This document shows, piece by piece, positions 10,145 through 19,856 of a DNA stretch of 64,000 bases (position 1 is the first letter of the stretch; each line of letters opens with the position of its first letter). Where the stretch lies: contig CBDCJV010000002.1 in assembly GCA_965217895.1 (NCBI GenBank), forward strand, positions 4,032,001-4,096,000, read 5' to 3'. The notes beneath the pieces are model-generated. The model made no database searches. It was given only the letters and a program-made list of their open reading frames with translations, and was not told the origin of the DNA. This DNA is from Waterburya sp. (lineage in GTDB: Bacteria > Cyanobacteriota > Cyanobacteriia > Cyanobacteriales > Xenococcaceae). The position numbers and the translations under genes are program-made.

Positions 10145-10579
10145 ATGAAAACTAAATTAAATCAATTGCACGATCGCGACTTTAACCTTTGGATTGAGGA
10201 AGTGAAAACGGCGATTCAAAATAAAGACGCTGAAGCTATGGACTGGAACAACCTGTTAGATGAAATTGATGACATGGGCAAGTCCGAAAAGCGATCGCTT
10301 GAAAGTTATTTAGAGCTTTTGGTTGCTCATATTCTTAAGCTACAGTATTGGGAGACAGAAAAAGGGCATAACTATAAGCACTGGCAGGTTGAAGTAGTTA
10401 ATTTTCGCAAACGCATCCAGAGGCTACTTAAGCGAAGCCCTAGTCTTAAAACATATATGGAAGAGGTATATCCAGAAATTTATCAAGATGTTGTTGACAC
10501 ATGGCAAATTGAGTTTGATATACCTAAAAAAACGTCAATTTCCCTAAAAGAAATTTTGGCAAAAGACTATTTTGGCTAG
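10145..10579 (+). CDS. DUF29 family protein
   Basis: DFNLW...DWNNLLDEIDDMGKSEKRSL...HILKLQYW...SPSLK pattern. Confidence 0.88.
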   Translation: MKTKLNQLHDRDFNLWIEEVKTAIQNKDAEAMDWNNLLDEIDDMGKSEKRSLESYLELLVAHILKLQYWETEKGHNYKHWQVEVVNFRKRIQRLLKRSPSLKTYMEEVYPEIYQDVVDTWQIEFDIPKKTSISLKEILAKDYFG

Positions 10580-10620
10580 TAAATTCAAGAATGTTCCATG
10601 TTTAATAGTCAATTAATTTG

Positions 10621-11742
10621 ATGACTCCGATTATTACAACTATAGATTTATTAAAGCTAGCTTCTGGTGATGTTTTATCTTTACAGGTATACAAGTTTGT
10701 CGGTGAGCAACCAGGCAAAAAAGCCTACATCCAGTCAAATCTTCACGGTGCAGAAATTGTCGGCAATGCGGTTATTCAGCAGTTAATTGAGTTTTTAACA
10801 GCTTTAGATTCATCACAGCTACAGGGGGAAATTTGGCTAGTCCCAGTGTGTAATCCTTTGGGAGTAAATCAGCGATCGCATTTTTTTTCGACGGGTAGAT
10901 TCAACAGCTACGATGGTAAAAATTGGAATCGTATTTTTTGGGACTATGAAAAGCAGATAGAAGATATAGCAGAGTTTGCCCAGTCACAGCTAGAGAATGA
11001 GCCAGAAGTAATTAGAAATAATTATTTTGCCAAAATCAAACAGGCATGGGAATCAGAATTAGAGCGCATCAAGACACCAAGTAGCGTACCCGTTAGTCGG
11101 CAATATCGCTATAAGCTCCAGTCTTTATGTTTAGATGCCGACTATGTAATTGATATTCATAGCTCTAGTAATCAGGCAATTAACTATACTTTTGGTTTCA
11201 AAGAGAGAATTGCTAGTGCCAAATATCTATTATTAGAATATGGCATCCTAATGGATGAATATGATGGCGATGCCTTTGATGAGGCATTTTTAAAACCCTG
11301 GTTGGCATTAGAAAGAGAGTTGGCAAATTTAGGTAAAGAAATCAAATTTGATCTAGAATCCTGGACATTAGAATTAGGATCGGGCATGGCAATGAATCCC
11401 GCTTCCGTTGCCCTAGGGTTAGCAGGAATTAAAAATTATCTGGCTTATAAACAAATTTTATCCTTGCCAGAGCCAGTCACAACAGCAGCAATTACTTTAG
11501 CTGAGAAGCACAAAATCAACAGCTATTATGCTCCTAGTGGTGGTATGATTCAAGCGAGACTACCTTTGCAAACAAGGGTCAATTCAGGAGATAGAATCTA
11601 TCAGCTATTGAGTTTTAATAAGCAAGGAAAAGCTCCAGAAGTCATTGATATTTGCGCCCAAACCAAGGGAATAGTGTTTGATATTTCTACTAATCAATGT
11701 GTTAATCAAGGTGAATATGTAATGGATATTTTAGATTTATGA
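10621..11742 (+). CDS. Succinylglutamate desuccinylase/aspartoacylase (M14-like) family protein
   Basis: HGAE, NPLG, NWNR, IDIHS, TLELG motifs. Confidence 0.87.
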   Translation: MTPIITTIDLLKLASGDVLSLQVYKFVGEQPGKKAYIQSNLHGAEIVGNAVIQQLIEFLTALDSSQLQGEIWLVPVCNPLGVNQRSHFFSTGRFNSYDGKNWNRIFWDYEKQIEDIAEFAQSQLENEPEVIRNNYFAKIKQAWESELERIKTPSSVPVSRQYRYKLQSLCLDADYVIDIHSSSNQAINYTFGFKERIASAKYLLLEYGILMDEYDGDAFDEAFLKPWLALERELANLGKEIKFDLESWTLELGSGMAMNPASVALGLAGIKNYLAYKQILSLPEPVTTAAITLAEKHKINSYYAPSGGMIQARLPLQTRVNSGDRIYQLLSFNKQGKAPEVIDICAQTKGIVFDISTNQCVNQGEYVMDILDL

Positions 11743-12689
11743 ATTCTCAATCATTAAATTCAGATAATCTGCAAACTACTATTCCCATCGCTCCAGAAGG
11801 ATTTAAGTCTGGTTTTGTTGCCATTATTGGTAGACCAAATGTAGGCAAATCTACATTGATGAACCATTTAGTTGGACAAAAAGTTGCCATTACTTCCCCC
11901 GTGGCGCAGACTACCCGCAATCGTTTACAGGGAATTTTGACTACACCTCAGGCGCAGATAATTTTTGTTGATACTCCTGGTATCCATAAGCCTCATCACG
12001 AACTGGGCAAAGTTTTAGTACAAAATGCCAAGATGGCTATCAAGTCAGTAGATTTAGTTTTATTTGTGGTAGATAGTTCTACTGATGCTGGTACAGGAGA
12101 TCGCTTTATTTTAGATATTTTAACCAAATTAGATACCCCAGTCATCTTAGGTTTAAATAAGGTTGATTTACAGCCAACTAACTATCAATTTATTGATGAT
12201 ACTTATGCAGACTTGGTTGCCGGTACTAATTGGTCTACGGTTAAGTTTTCCGCGACTACAGGAACAGGAACGGAACAACTCCAAGCAGCTTTAATCGATA
12301 AGTTAGAATCTGGCCCTTATTATTATCCTCCAGATTTGGTCACAGATCAGCCCGAACGCTTTATTATGGCAGAGTTAATCAGAGAACAAATACTGTTACA
12401 TACTCGTCAAGAAATTCCCCATTCGGTAGCTATTACCATCGAAAAGATTGAAGAAACTCCTAAAATAACTAAAGTTAATGCAGCCATTAATATTGAGCGT
12501 AGTTCCCAAAAAGGAATCTTGATTGGCAAAAAAGGCAGTATGCTCAAAACTATTGGTACAGCAGCCAGAAAACAAATTCAAAAGCTAATTTCGGGAAACG
12601 TTCATTTAGAGCTATTTGTTAAAGTAGAACCAAAATGGCGACAGTCTCGTTTGCGTTTGGCTGAATTTGGTTATCAGGTTGAAGAATAG
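11739..12689 (+). CDS. era: GTPase Era
   Basis: GRPNVGKS, QTTRN, DTPG, NKVD; KH domain with SQKGILIGKKG. Confidence 0.96.
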   Translation: MNSQSLNSDNLQTTIPIAPEGFKSGFVAIIGRPNVGKSTLMNHLVGQKVAITSPVAQTTRNRLQGILTTPQAQIIFVDTPGIHKPHHELGKVLVQNAKMAIKSVDLVLFVVDSSTDAGTGDRFILDILTKLDTPVILGLNKVDLQPTNYQFIDDTYADLVAGTNWSTVKFSATTGTGTEQLQAALIDKLESGPYYYPPDLVTDQPERFIMAELIREQILLHTRQEIPHSVAITIEKIEETPKITKVNAAINIERSSQKGILIGKKGSMLKTIGTAARKQIQKLISGNVHLELFVKVEPKWRQSRLRLAEFGYQVEE

Positions 12690-12705
12690 GTAATAGGTAA
12701 TAGGT
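12685..12705. repeat. Heptamer tandem repeat (STRR type) AATAGGT x3
   Basis: Read directly from the sequence. Confidence 0.8.
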
Positions 12706-12712
12706 TTTATAA

Positions 12713-12973
12713 ATGCTTGAAGCTGAGATTAAAGTTAAAGTCAAACTGTTTGCTGTCTACCAAGAGGTTTTTGATGCGTCTGAAATAGACTTGATGCTTC
12801 CTGCTTCGGCTCAGGTAAGTGATGTTTTAGCATCATTAATTGAGCAGAAGCCACAACTGGCAAAGTGGCAAGAAGTAACCCGTTTTGGAGTTAACTTGAA
12901 ATTTGTGGAAGCCGACACTTTTTTACAAGAAGGAGATGAGGTTGTTTTGATACCTCCTGTAAGCGGTGGCTAG
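12713..12973 (+). CDS. moaD: MoaD/ThiS sulfur carrier protein
   Basis: VKLFA N-terminus, GDEVVLIPPVSGG C-terminus. Confidence 0.9.
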   Translation: MLEAEIKVKVKLFAVYQEVFDASEIDLMLPASAQVSDVLASLIEQKPQLAKWQEVTRFGVNLKFVEADTFLQEGDEVVLIPPVSGG

Positions 12974-13072
12974 AGACTATTTACAGATTTAATAATAAAG
13001 AGATGAAAATAATTTCCATGTTTACTACTTCTGCCCAGCGATAACAATTATTAATTTAGCCCTCATCCCTTC

Positions 13073-13645
13073 TTAAACACCTTCATTATTTATTACTTTA
13101 AAGCTTTCTAGAGGTTCGACCTGTAAACTATCTTCTCCTAACTTTTCTAGATGAAGTTCCCATTTAGGAGGGTTGCTGACACGGCTATATTTGTAAGATG
13201 CTAAACATTGTTCTTTTTGATTAAAAATATTAAGATTATAACCATATTTTCTAGCTACCGTTCCAAACTGATTAACAAAGCGATAACGTCCTAAATAGTC
13301 GAGCATAGTCCATAATTGCCAATTAACAATTAGGTTTATTTGTTGCCTTTTAGGATAAGCAAGCCAATTTTGTACTAGTTTTCCTCCAAAAGGATCGAAT
13401 TGTTCTGCTGCCCACCAAAAACTGGTTTGCGTATTATCGGAAATAGTTTTTTGTCGCTCAATTTGATTAATATCCTGTTTAATTTTAGCGGTCTTTTGAA
13501 TATTATCTATTGATGAGGAAACTGGTTGAGCAATGCGATTGCAAGCATGAATATAATTTGTATTTTTTGATTGGGCGATCGCAGTTTTAGTCGCTAAAAC
13601 TGCGAATATTATTCCTAAACAAATTAATGAGATACATCTATTCAT
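13073..13645 (-). CDS. Exported hypothetical protein
   Basis: Signal-peptide-like N-terminus; SFWWAAEQFDPFGGKLV...W..LDYLGRYRFVNQFG; ATG at 13645 preferred over TTG at 13669. Confidence 0.7.
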   Translation of the reverse strand: MNRCISLICLGIIFAVLATKTAIAQSKNTNYIHACNRIAQPVSSSIDNIQKTAKIKQDINQIERQKTISDNTQTSFWWAAEQFDPFGGKLVQNWLAYPKRQQINLIVNWQLWTMLDYLGRYRFVNQFGTVARKYGYNLNIFNQKEQCLASYKYSRVSNPPKWELHLEKLGEDSLQVEPLESFKVINNEGV

Positions 13646-14097
13646 AAAATTAAAGATGACTAAAACCAAATGATTTTCAAGCCATGATCATTGCTCATTT
13701 ATCTAAAAAGTTATTTATTTTATAGGCTGCAATTATGAGTTTATGCAGTGAGAGAATAGTATTAGTAAAATGACCGAAAAGAGAAGACGAAAAGTACAGT
13801 TAAAATTTGTAGTCAGATTAAGTAACTATTCGGTAAGATATAAGTAATACAAACTAAAAGTTACTATACAGAGAATTATAATTAAAAAATTTTCTAACTG
13901 ATAGTTTAACAATACAGTAAAACTCTTATCGCATGAGGACTGTAGAAGATATTTGATTGATTTTAAATGGCTTAATCCCCAAGAAATAACAGTAATGACT
14001 TAGTTGCCAAATTGCGATCGCATCTATTGAGAGAGAAAATAATCTATCTGCATCGATCTCTAGGATGCTCAAATAGGATATACAGATTATCCGTTAC

Positions 14098-14679
14098 TTA
14101 AGGATTAACAGACTGAGTTGACCACGTGCAATCGTTTTCAAGAGTATATATACAGCGTTGTTGAGGATCGCTTTTTAGCTGTAAATGATCGATTTGATTG
14201 GGAATTAATAATAATAAACAAAAGTTTTCTAAAGGGCTATTAGGATCTAAAGGTGGTATATTAAAGGCTGCTTTATCTGCTGCGGGTTGACCAGGATCGG
14301 GCCAAGCAAATTGCGATCGCCCTGAATCGGAAATATCATGCCAAGTAGCTTGACGTGCTTTTTGTAAGTCTGTATCCGTATCTTTAGCGGTAATTAAACG
14401 TAGATTCCCCGCAATCCGAAACTGTTCGCGGGTTTTGGTAAAATACCAGCAAATTTCGCCAATTGCCTGATGTTCAATATCCTGTATCTTGGCACTGCGT
14501 GAATCAGTAATAATTTTTAGGGCGTTTTGCTCATCGTCTAGAAAGCCACGAAATACTACTGTGCGATTAGTCGGATAACCCTCTAGAGTAACCGTAGCCA
14601 ACTGAAAATAGCGAGAAAAAGGCTTAGAACGGTTACGGTGTATGGCACTGGATAAAAGCGATCGCCAGGGAGCAAGCAT
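14098..14679 (-). CDS. Pyridoxamine 5'-phosphate oxidase-like FMN-binding protein
   Basis: QLATV...RTVVFRGF...TDSRSAK...CWYF..TREQFR. Confidence 0.88.
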   Translation of the reverse strand: MLAPWRSLLSSAIHRNRSKPFSRYFQLATVTLEGYPTNRTVVFRGFLDDEQNALKIITDSRSAKIQDIEHQAIGEICWYFTKTREQFRIAGNLRLITAKDTDTDLQKARQATWHDISDSGRSQFAWPDPGQPAADKAAFNIPPLDPNSPLENFCLLLLIPNQIDHLQLKSDPQQRCIYTLENDCTWSTQSVNP

Positions 14680-14826
14680 AATCAATTAACAATGATCGAT
14701 GAACAATAATCAATTATCGGTTATTAATAGGCTCACTATCAAAATCTTTTCAGTCAGAGATAATATAAATACTGATGAGGCTATTGTTCCTCATCCCTTA
14801 TTCCTCATTCCTCATACTTTAAAAAT

Positions 14827-15279
14827 ATGTCTTTCTCTCAACTGTTCGCTCTTGCCAATCTTTATATTTTGCCCTTTTGGACAATAATGATTTTGTTTCC
14901 TAAATGGGATGTTACAAAAAAGGTGATGGGGTCTTATTTACCTTTTATTCCTTTGATTGGTGCATATCTATATTATTTGGTGGTTACATTTGACTCAGAA
15001 TCGGCTGCTGCCTTGGCAAATCCTCAACTGGCAGATATTGCTCGCCTTTTTGGTGAAGAGGGTGCTGCGGGTGCAGGATGGGTTCACTTTTTGGTAATGG
15101 ATTTGTTTTTAGGACGATGGATTTATCAGCAAGGACAAGAAAAGCAAATCTGGACAGTTCATTCTTTAATCTTATGTCTGTTTTTTGGTCCTGTAGGCTT
15201 GCTTTCTCACATCATTACCGACACTATCTTTGGTAGAAACGATCTAGAGAAGGCTGCAACCGATACGGCGATTTCCTAA
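14827..15279 (+). CDS. ABA4-like (DUF4281) membrane protein
   Basis: LPFW..MI..P.W, GWVHFLVMDLF.GRWI, GPVGLLSH. Confidence 0.88.
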   Translation: MSFSQLFALANLYILPFWTIMILFPKWDVTKKVMGSYLPFIPLIGAYLYYLVVTFDSESAAALANPQLADIARLFGEEGAAGAGWVHFLVMDLFLGRWIYQQGQEKQIWTVHSLILCLFFGPVGLLSHIITDTIFGRNDLEKAATDTAIS

Positions 15280-15284
15280 GTCGA

Positions 15285-15845
15285 TCAAAGATAAGAGCGA
15301 GAATAGCCAAGTAAATAATATAAATCGATCGCAATTACAATTCCTTTTGTCCAGGGTGAATTAAGTAAGCTAAAGACGATGGGATTTACGCCAATCACCA
15401 AAGCCATCTCGATAAATGCCACAATTGCGCCGTAGTGGTTTTTATCCCAGTAGGAGAAAGGACTAATAAAACGGTAATTAGTGAATGGAAAAAAGTGACG
15501 ATGGGCATCATCGTTATGTACGGGCAAATCTAATAGGGAATGGCAAATCATACTAAGGCATAAAATCATTCCTGGTTGCCAATTCAAACGATAAAAAATA
15601 GCTGCACCAATTAAAGCTAAAGGAATAGAGTGAAATAAAGCAACTGTGTTTTGCCAGAAAGGTTCATAATATGCCTCTGACCAAATTTTACCTGGAGGCA
15701 TTTTGTAGATATACTTGGTGACAAAATAAAAGACGAAAATCGGCACATCAGGAAGAATTGCACCAATAGCGATTGCCATATTGTTCTTAGGAGCAATATT
15801 CCCTAAAAAAGCTAAATTGAGAATATAGTGACCAGGAGTATTCAC
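15285..15845 (-). CDS. Membrane protein, putative metal-dependent hydrolase
   Basis: TPGH, GAILPD, HS..D..H.DD.H motifs; GTG start just after the YdcF stop. Confidence 0.7.
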   Translation of the reverse strand: MNTPGHYILNLAFLGNIAPKNNMAIAIGAILPDVPIFVFYFVTKYIYKMPPGKIWSEAYYEPFWQNTVALFHSIPLALIGAAIFYRLNWQPGMILCLSMICHSLLDLPVHNDDAHRHFFPFTNYRFISPFSYWDKNHYGAIVAFIEMALVIGVNPIVFSLLNSPWTKGIVIAIDLYYLLGYSRSYL

Positions 15846-15846
15846 T

Positions 15847-16533
15847 TTAAAGAAGAAGCTTAAAGCTTTTGCTACCATGTTTAACTAATAAAGTGCCTGT
15901 ATGCCCCGTTATCAGCCACAAAATTGACCTAGCACCATCACGCCAGCATTTTTCTATAGGTTCGGGAGGATTGCTCGAAGGGACGGCAATAGGCGTAAAA
16001 TCTATACCTCGACTGCCAAAAATAATATCGCCAATTATCTTAGCTCTGGTCATGTGGTTTTCGGAAGTGATTAAATAGACACTATCTATTCCCTGTGCTT
16101 TAAGTTCGTCAACTAAGGTAGTAAAGTTGGTTACGGTATCGCTAGCACGATAATCAAAGTGTAGGCGATCGCGCCTGATTCCTGCATGGGCAAAAATTGC
16201 TTGAGCATATTGCTGAGGGCTACCTGAAGAGATCCAGATTGGTAGTTGGGGATATTGCTGAGCTAGTTTGGCAGCAAAACGTTCTCGCTCTTCATGTCCA
16301 CCTAAAACTAGTAAAGCTTCTGGTGCGATGCCAGATGAATGATTAATTGGTTTGAATCCAACGCAAAGAGAGGCGGAAACTATGGACAAAAACAACAGCT
16401 TTCTAACTTTGCTAAGAGGATTAACTACGACTAAGTTCGATTCTTCTCTGGATAGGAATTTAAAAAACATAGGCGGAATGACCAGATAACTGTAACTTAT
16501 AGCAAATGATGCCCACAAATTATAAGGATTCAA
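15847..16533 (-). CDS. YdcF/DUF218 family protein
   Basis: LVLGG, DTVTNF, LITSENHMTRA; true start uncertain. Confidence 0.85.
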   Translation of the reverse strand: MNPYNLWASFAISYSYLVIPPMFFKFLSREESNLVVVNPLSKVRKLLFLSIVSASLCVGFKPINHSSGIAPEALLVLGGHEERERFAAKLAQQYPQLPIWISSGSPQQYAQAIFAHAGIRRDRLHFDYRASDTVTNFTTLVDELKAQGIDSVYLITSENHMTRAKIIGDIIFGSRGIDFTPIAVPSSNPPEPIEKCWRDGARSILWLITGHTGTLLVKHGSKSFKLLL

Positions 16534-16771
16534 AAAAGTCTTTGCAGTAATTGCGATCGCAACTATAATAATTCTTTGAAAAGACCTGATCTATTGTAGA
16601 TAGCTTTAAATAAAATGTCTCTATTTGATTTTAATCAACGCTATTTTTAGGCTTCAAGCTTTAAGAAATTGTTTGTAAACACTTTAATATTGGAGTAATT
16701 GAAGTTTTCTTGCTTTACCTCATCATCTTCTCTATCATTAATATTTACTTTACAAGCAGTTTCTAAGACTT

Positions 16772-18229
16772 TTACAAAACTTTTTCTGATTTGGCACAGG
16801 GAGCGAGGAAACCTGAGCGAACTTTATAGGTGTAGCCAAGCTCTGGATGAAACCAAGGAGTATAGGCAAAAGCATAAGGATATAGTTTTGGTAGACAAAT
16901 TTTATCTCCTGGTTCGATTTGAGCCATAATTTCAGGGATAATTTTTTTTTCTTTGAATGCAGCTAGTGTATTGAAGCTGGGGTAAAGATAGATAAAATTG
17001 GTTTTAATACCAACAATAACTAGGGCAATTAAAGAAATTAATCCTAGACGACGGGGTTTAATTAATCGATCTTGATAATTAGTAACCAAGTATAAATTAA
17101 GAGAAATTAAAACTATCATCCAGTACATAAAGTACCTTAATTCGTGGGACTGAGGGAAATTGGCAGCGATTAGAGACATTACGCTTACTAATATTCCCGC
17201 CGTGTAATTGTTGCGGTTAGGATTTCTGGCGATTAGGTAAATCAATAATAAGACTTGGAACAATACATAAGCACCGAAGAAACCTCCCATGCGGTTGCGG
17301 TCTGGATTTTGGCTGTATTGATCGTGATTCCAGTAGGCAGGTTTGATTTCAATAATTGAATAAAACCACCGTTGCGCCTTTGGTGCATTCGCTAAATAGC
17401 CTGGGGCATTATTGTACATCGGTAAGGCATGATTGAGTACTTTGCCTGCAATTTCGATTTTGACGGGATAGAAAGGATTACCGTGAATTATTATATTTTT
17501 GATTGGGGTGGCAAAGATCAATAGAGAAGCAAGTAAAGCCAGGGGAATTGCCTTAAATATCCAAGAAATTAGCTGTTGTTTATTCGAGGAATTATCTAAT
17601 CGCAACCAGACAATTCTGAAGGCAATAAATACTAAGGCAATAAATACTAAAGGCTCTAGCTGCGGTTTGCAGTTTGATGAACCAATTCCAGCTAAAAAGA
17701 TAATTAATAAATCTCTGATACTGGGTAAATCTCGCTGCTTGAACAGTAGATAAGCCATCATAATCATCATTGCCAAAAACACATTAGCAATTAGATCTAC
17801 ATAGCTATTGACCACATGAGCCTGAATTAAAGGCACGGCTAAAAAAGCGATCGCCGATAGATAATAAGCAACCTGGAAATAACGCTTAAGAAAATAGCTA
17901 TATAAAACTAAGCTAAAAAAACCGACCAAATTAGCACTCTGGACTCTTTGAGTAATCAACCATAAAAACCCCTGAAAAAATTCGCCTAGCAGAGGAAAAC
18001 CGCGAAATCTTTCCTCCATATTGATAAACTGCTCTGCTGGTACAATGCCCCAAATCCTGGCAGCATAAGGCAGGTGATAACCCCAGGTATCAAAAGTACC
18101 GTCAACATCAATTACCCCCTTGAGAAATACAGAAATAGCTAAGATTGAAGCGATCGCTTTTAAAACAGTTTCTAGCCCCAGTCGTGATTTTTGAGGCTTA
18201 GAAGTTTTGTTGCTAACATTCGAGTTCAT
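16772..18229 (-). CDS. Polytopic membrane protein, putative GT-C glycosyltransferase (paralog 3)
   Basis: About 11-13 hydrophobic helices; DTWGYHLP after TM1; YVDL, KPQ, GNPFYP, NFPQSHELRY shared with both neighbours. Confidence 0.6.
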   Translation of the reverse strand: MNSNVSNKTSKPQKSRLGLETVLKAIASILAISVFLKGVIDVDGTFDTWGYHLPYAARIWGIVPAEQFINMEERFRGFPLLGEFFQGFLWLITQRVQSANLVGFFSLVLYSYFLKRYFQVAYYLSAIAFLAVPLIQAHVVNSYVDLIANVFLAMMIMMAYLLFKQRDLPSIRDLLIIFLAGIGSSNCKPQLEPLVFIALVFIAFRIVWLRLDNSSNKQQLISWIFKAIPLALLASLLIFATPIKNIIIHGNPFYPVKIEIAGKVLNHALPMYNNAPGYLANAPKAQRWFYSIIEIKPAYWNHDQYSQNPDRNRMGGFFGAYVLFQVLLLIYLIARNPNRNNYTAGILVSVMSLIAANFPQSHELRYFMYWMIVLISLNLYLVTNYQDRLIKPRRLGLISLIALVIVGIKTNFIYLYPSFNTLAAFKEKKIIPEIMAQIEPGDKICLPKLYPYAFAYTPWFHPELGYTYKVRSGFLAPCAKSEKVL

Positions 18230-18283
18230 ACTACAGAGATAGTTGCGATCGCCATAATTGTTATGTGTCTAAAATTTATTAGT

Positions 18284-19834
18284 TTATTGATTATCAGTTT
18301 TCATTTGTCGATCGATAAACTCTTGAGCATTAGGGGGAATTACTTTCAAATCACCACAGTCTCTAGGATTTATCGCAGCTTTGATGGCATAGTCATATTT
18401 GATTTCAGGATGAAAATAAGAACTATAATAAAAAGCATTTTGAATTTGAGCAAAAGGCACGCTTTTTGGATTGGGGATGGCATGACGAGCAATCATACAG
18501 GTGCGCTGATTGGGTGTCATCTGCTCTAAAAGCTCTGGCTTGACGCTTCTGGCTATAAACTTGTCTAACGATGAGAAGCTTGGTTTAAGGTAATAAGGTG
18601 TAATTTTGCTAAAGGCGATCGCCATAAACAATAAACAAACTAACCCTAAGTACTTTGGCTGCAACCATTTTGAGCTTTGATTCTGTAACGAGGTAACAAC
18701 GCACAAGTTTAAAGATACTAGAGTAATCATCCAAAACATTAAGTAGCGCAACTCATGGGATTGAGGAAAATTTGCAGGTACAAGAGACACCAGCAGCATG
18801 ATTACAAGTGCAGCAGTAGCATTGGCAGATTTATCTTTAAGAGGCAGTTGTCTATTTTTTAATTGTTCTCGAATAGTCAAACCCAACATTAACAATAGGT
18901 TGAACACTACATAAGCACCAAAAAATCCCCCTGCTCGATCTAGATACTTCTCATTCCCACCATTCCATTGATCCGCCGACCAATTAGGAGTATTAATTTC
19001 CAAAATCGATCGCAGCCACTTTTGGGGTCTATTGCCTTCACTATAGGTATCAGGAGTCAGTTTATGGTTTAATACGATTCCCGCAACCTCAATTTTGATC
19101 GGGTAAAAAGGATTGCCATAAAGAGCAACATTTTTGATTGGGGTGGCAAAGATTAAGCCTGAAGCGACTATTGCTAGAGGTATAGTTAGCCATAGCTGGC
19201 GTTGCTTAGATTGAGTATGTTTAAAGTACAGCCAAACCAACCTAATTCCGACTATCCAGTAAAGTAAAAATACTAATGGCTGTAGTTGAGGTTTGATATT
19301 TGCTGCTGCTGCTGCGCCCAAAAAGGTAACTAGCAGTTCGTTTTTGTTGGGTAATTGAGACTGCTTAAAAAATCGATAGGTCATCAGCATTACGACTGAA
19401 ACCCCAATGTTTCCTGGCAAATCTACAAAGCTAGTGGCAGCATGAATCAGCACCACAGGAATGGTAAATAGCGCGATCGCTGATAGATATAGAGGGACTT
19501 GAAAGAAGTTTCTGAGGAAGAGAAAATAAATAATTAGACTTAGATAGCTAACTAGATTCGTGGACTGAATTCGCCCTGTAATTTTCCAGAATAAGCCTTG
19601 TAAAAAATTTGCCAACAAAGGAAAACCATCGTAACGATATTCAAAAAGAGATTCTGAGATAAAAGACTTTTCGGGGACTATACCCCAAATTCTGGCAGCA
19701 AAAGGCAGTTGATACCAACCGACATCATAGTTACTATCAATATCCATGATTGCTTTGAGAAATATCGATGTCGCCACGACTATGGCGATCACACTGAGAA
19801 TTATTTCTAATACTTGCCTCTTATTTTTCTGCAC
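18284..19834 (-). CDS. Polytopic membrane protein, putative GT-C glycosyltransferase (paralog 2)
   Basis: Same motif set: DVGWYQLP, FVDL, KPQ, GNPFYP, NFPQSHELRY. Confidence 0.6.
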   Translation of the reverse strand: MQKNKRQVLEIILSVIAIVVATSIFLKAIMDIDSNYDVGWYQLPFAARIWGIVPEKSFISESLFEYRYDGFPLLANFLQGLFWKITGRIQSTNLVSYLSLIIYFLFLRNFFQVPLYLSAIALFTIPVVLIHAATSFVDLPGNIGVSVVMLMTYRFFKQSQLPNKNELLVTFLGAAAAANIKPQLQPLVFLLYWIVGIRLVWLYFKHTQSKQRQLWLTIPLAIVASGLIFATPIKNVALYGNPFYPIKIEVAGIVLNHKLTPDTYSEGNRPQKWLRSILEINTPNWSADQWNGGNEKYLDRAGGFFGAYVVFNLLLMLGLTIREQLKNRQLPLKDKSANATAALVIMLLVSLVPANFPQSHELRYLMFWMITLVSLNLCVVTSLQNQSSKWLQPKYLGLVCLLFMAIAFSKITPYYLKPSFSSLDKFIARSVKPELLEQMTPNQRTCMIARHAIPNPKSVPFAQIQNAFYYSSYFHPEIKYDYAIKAAINPRDCGDLKVIPPNAQEFIDRQMKTDNQ

Positions 19835-19856
19835 TGCTCACCTCTTACCATAATGG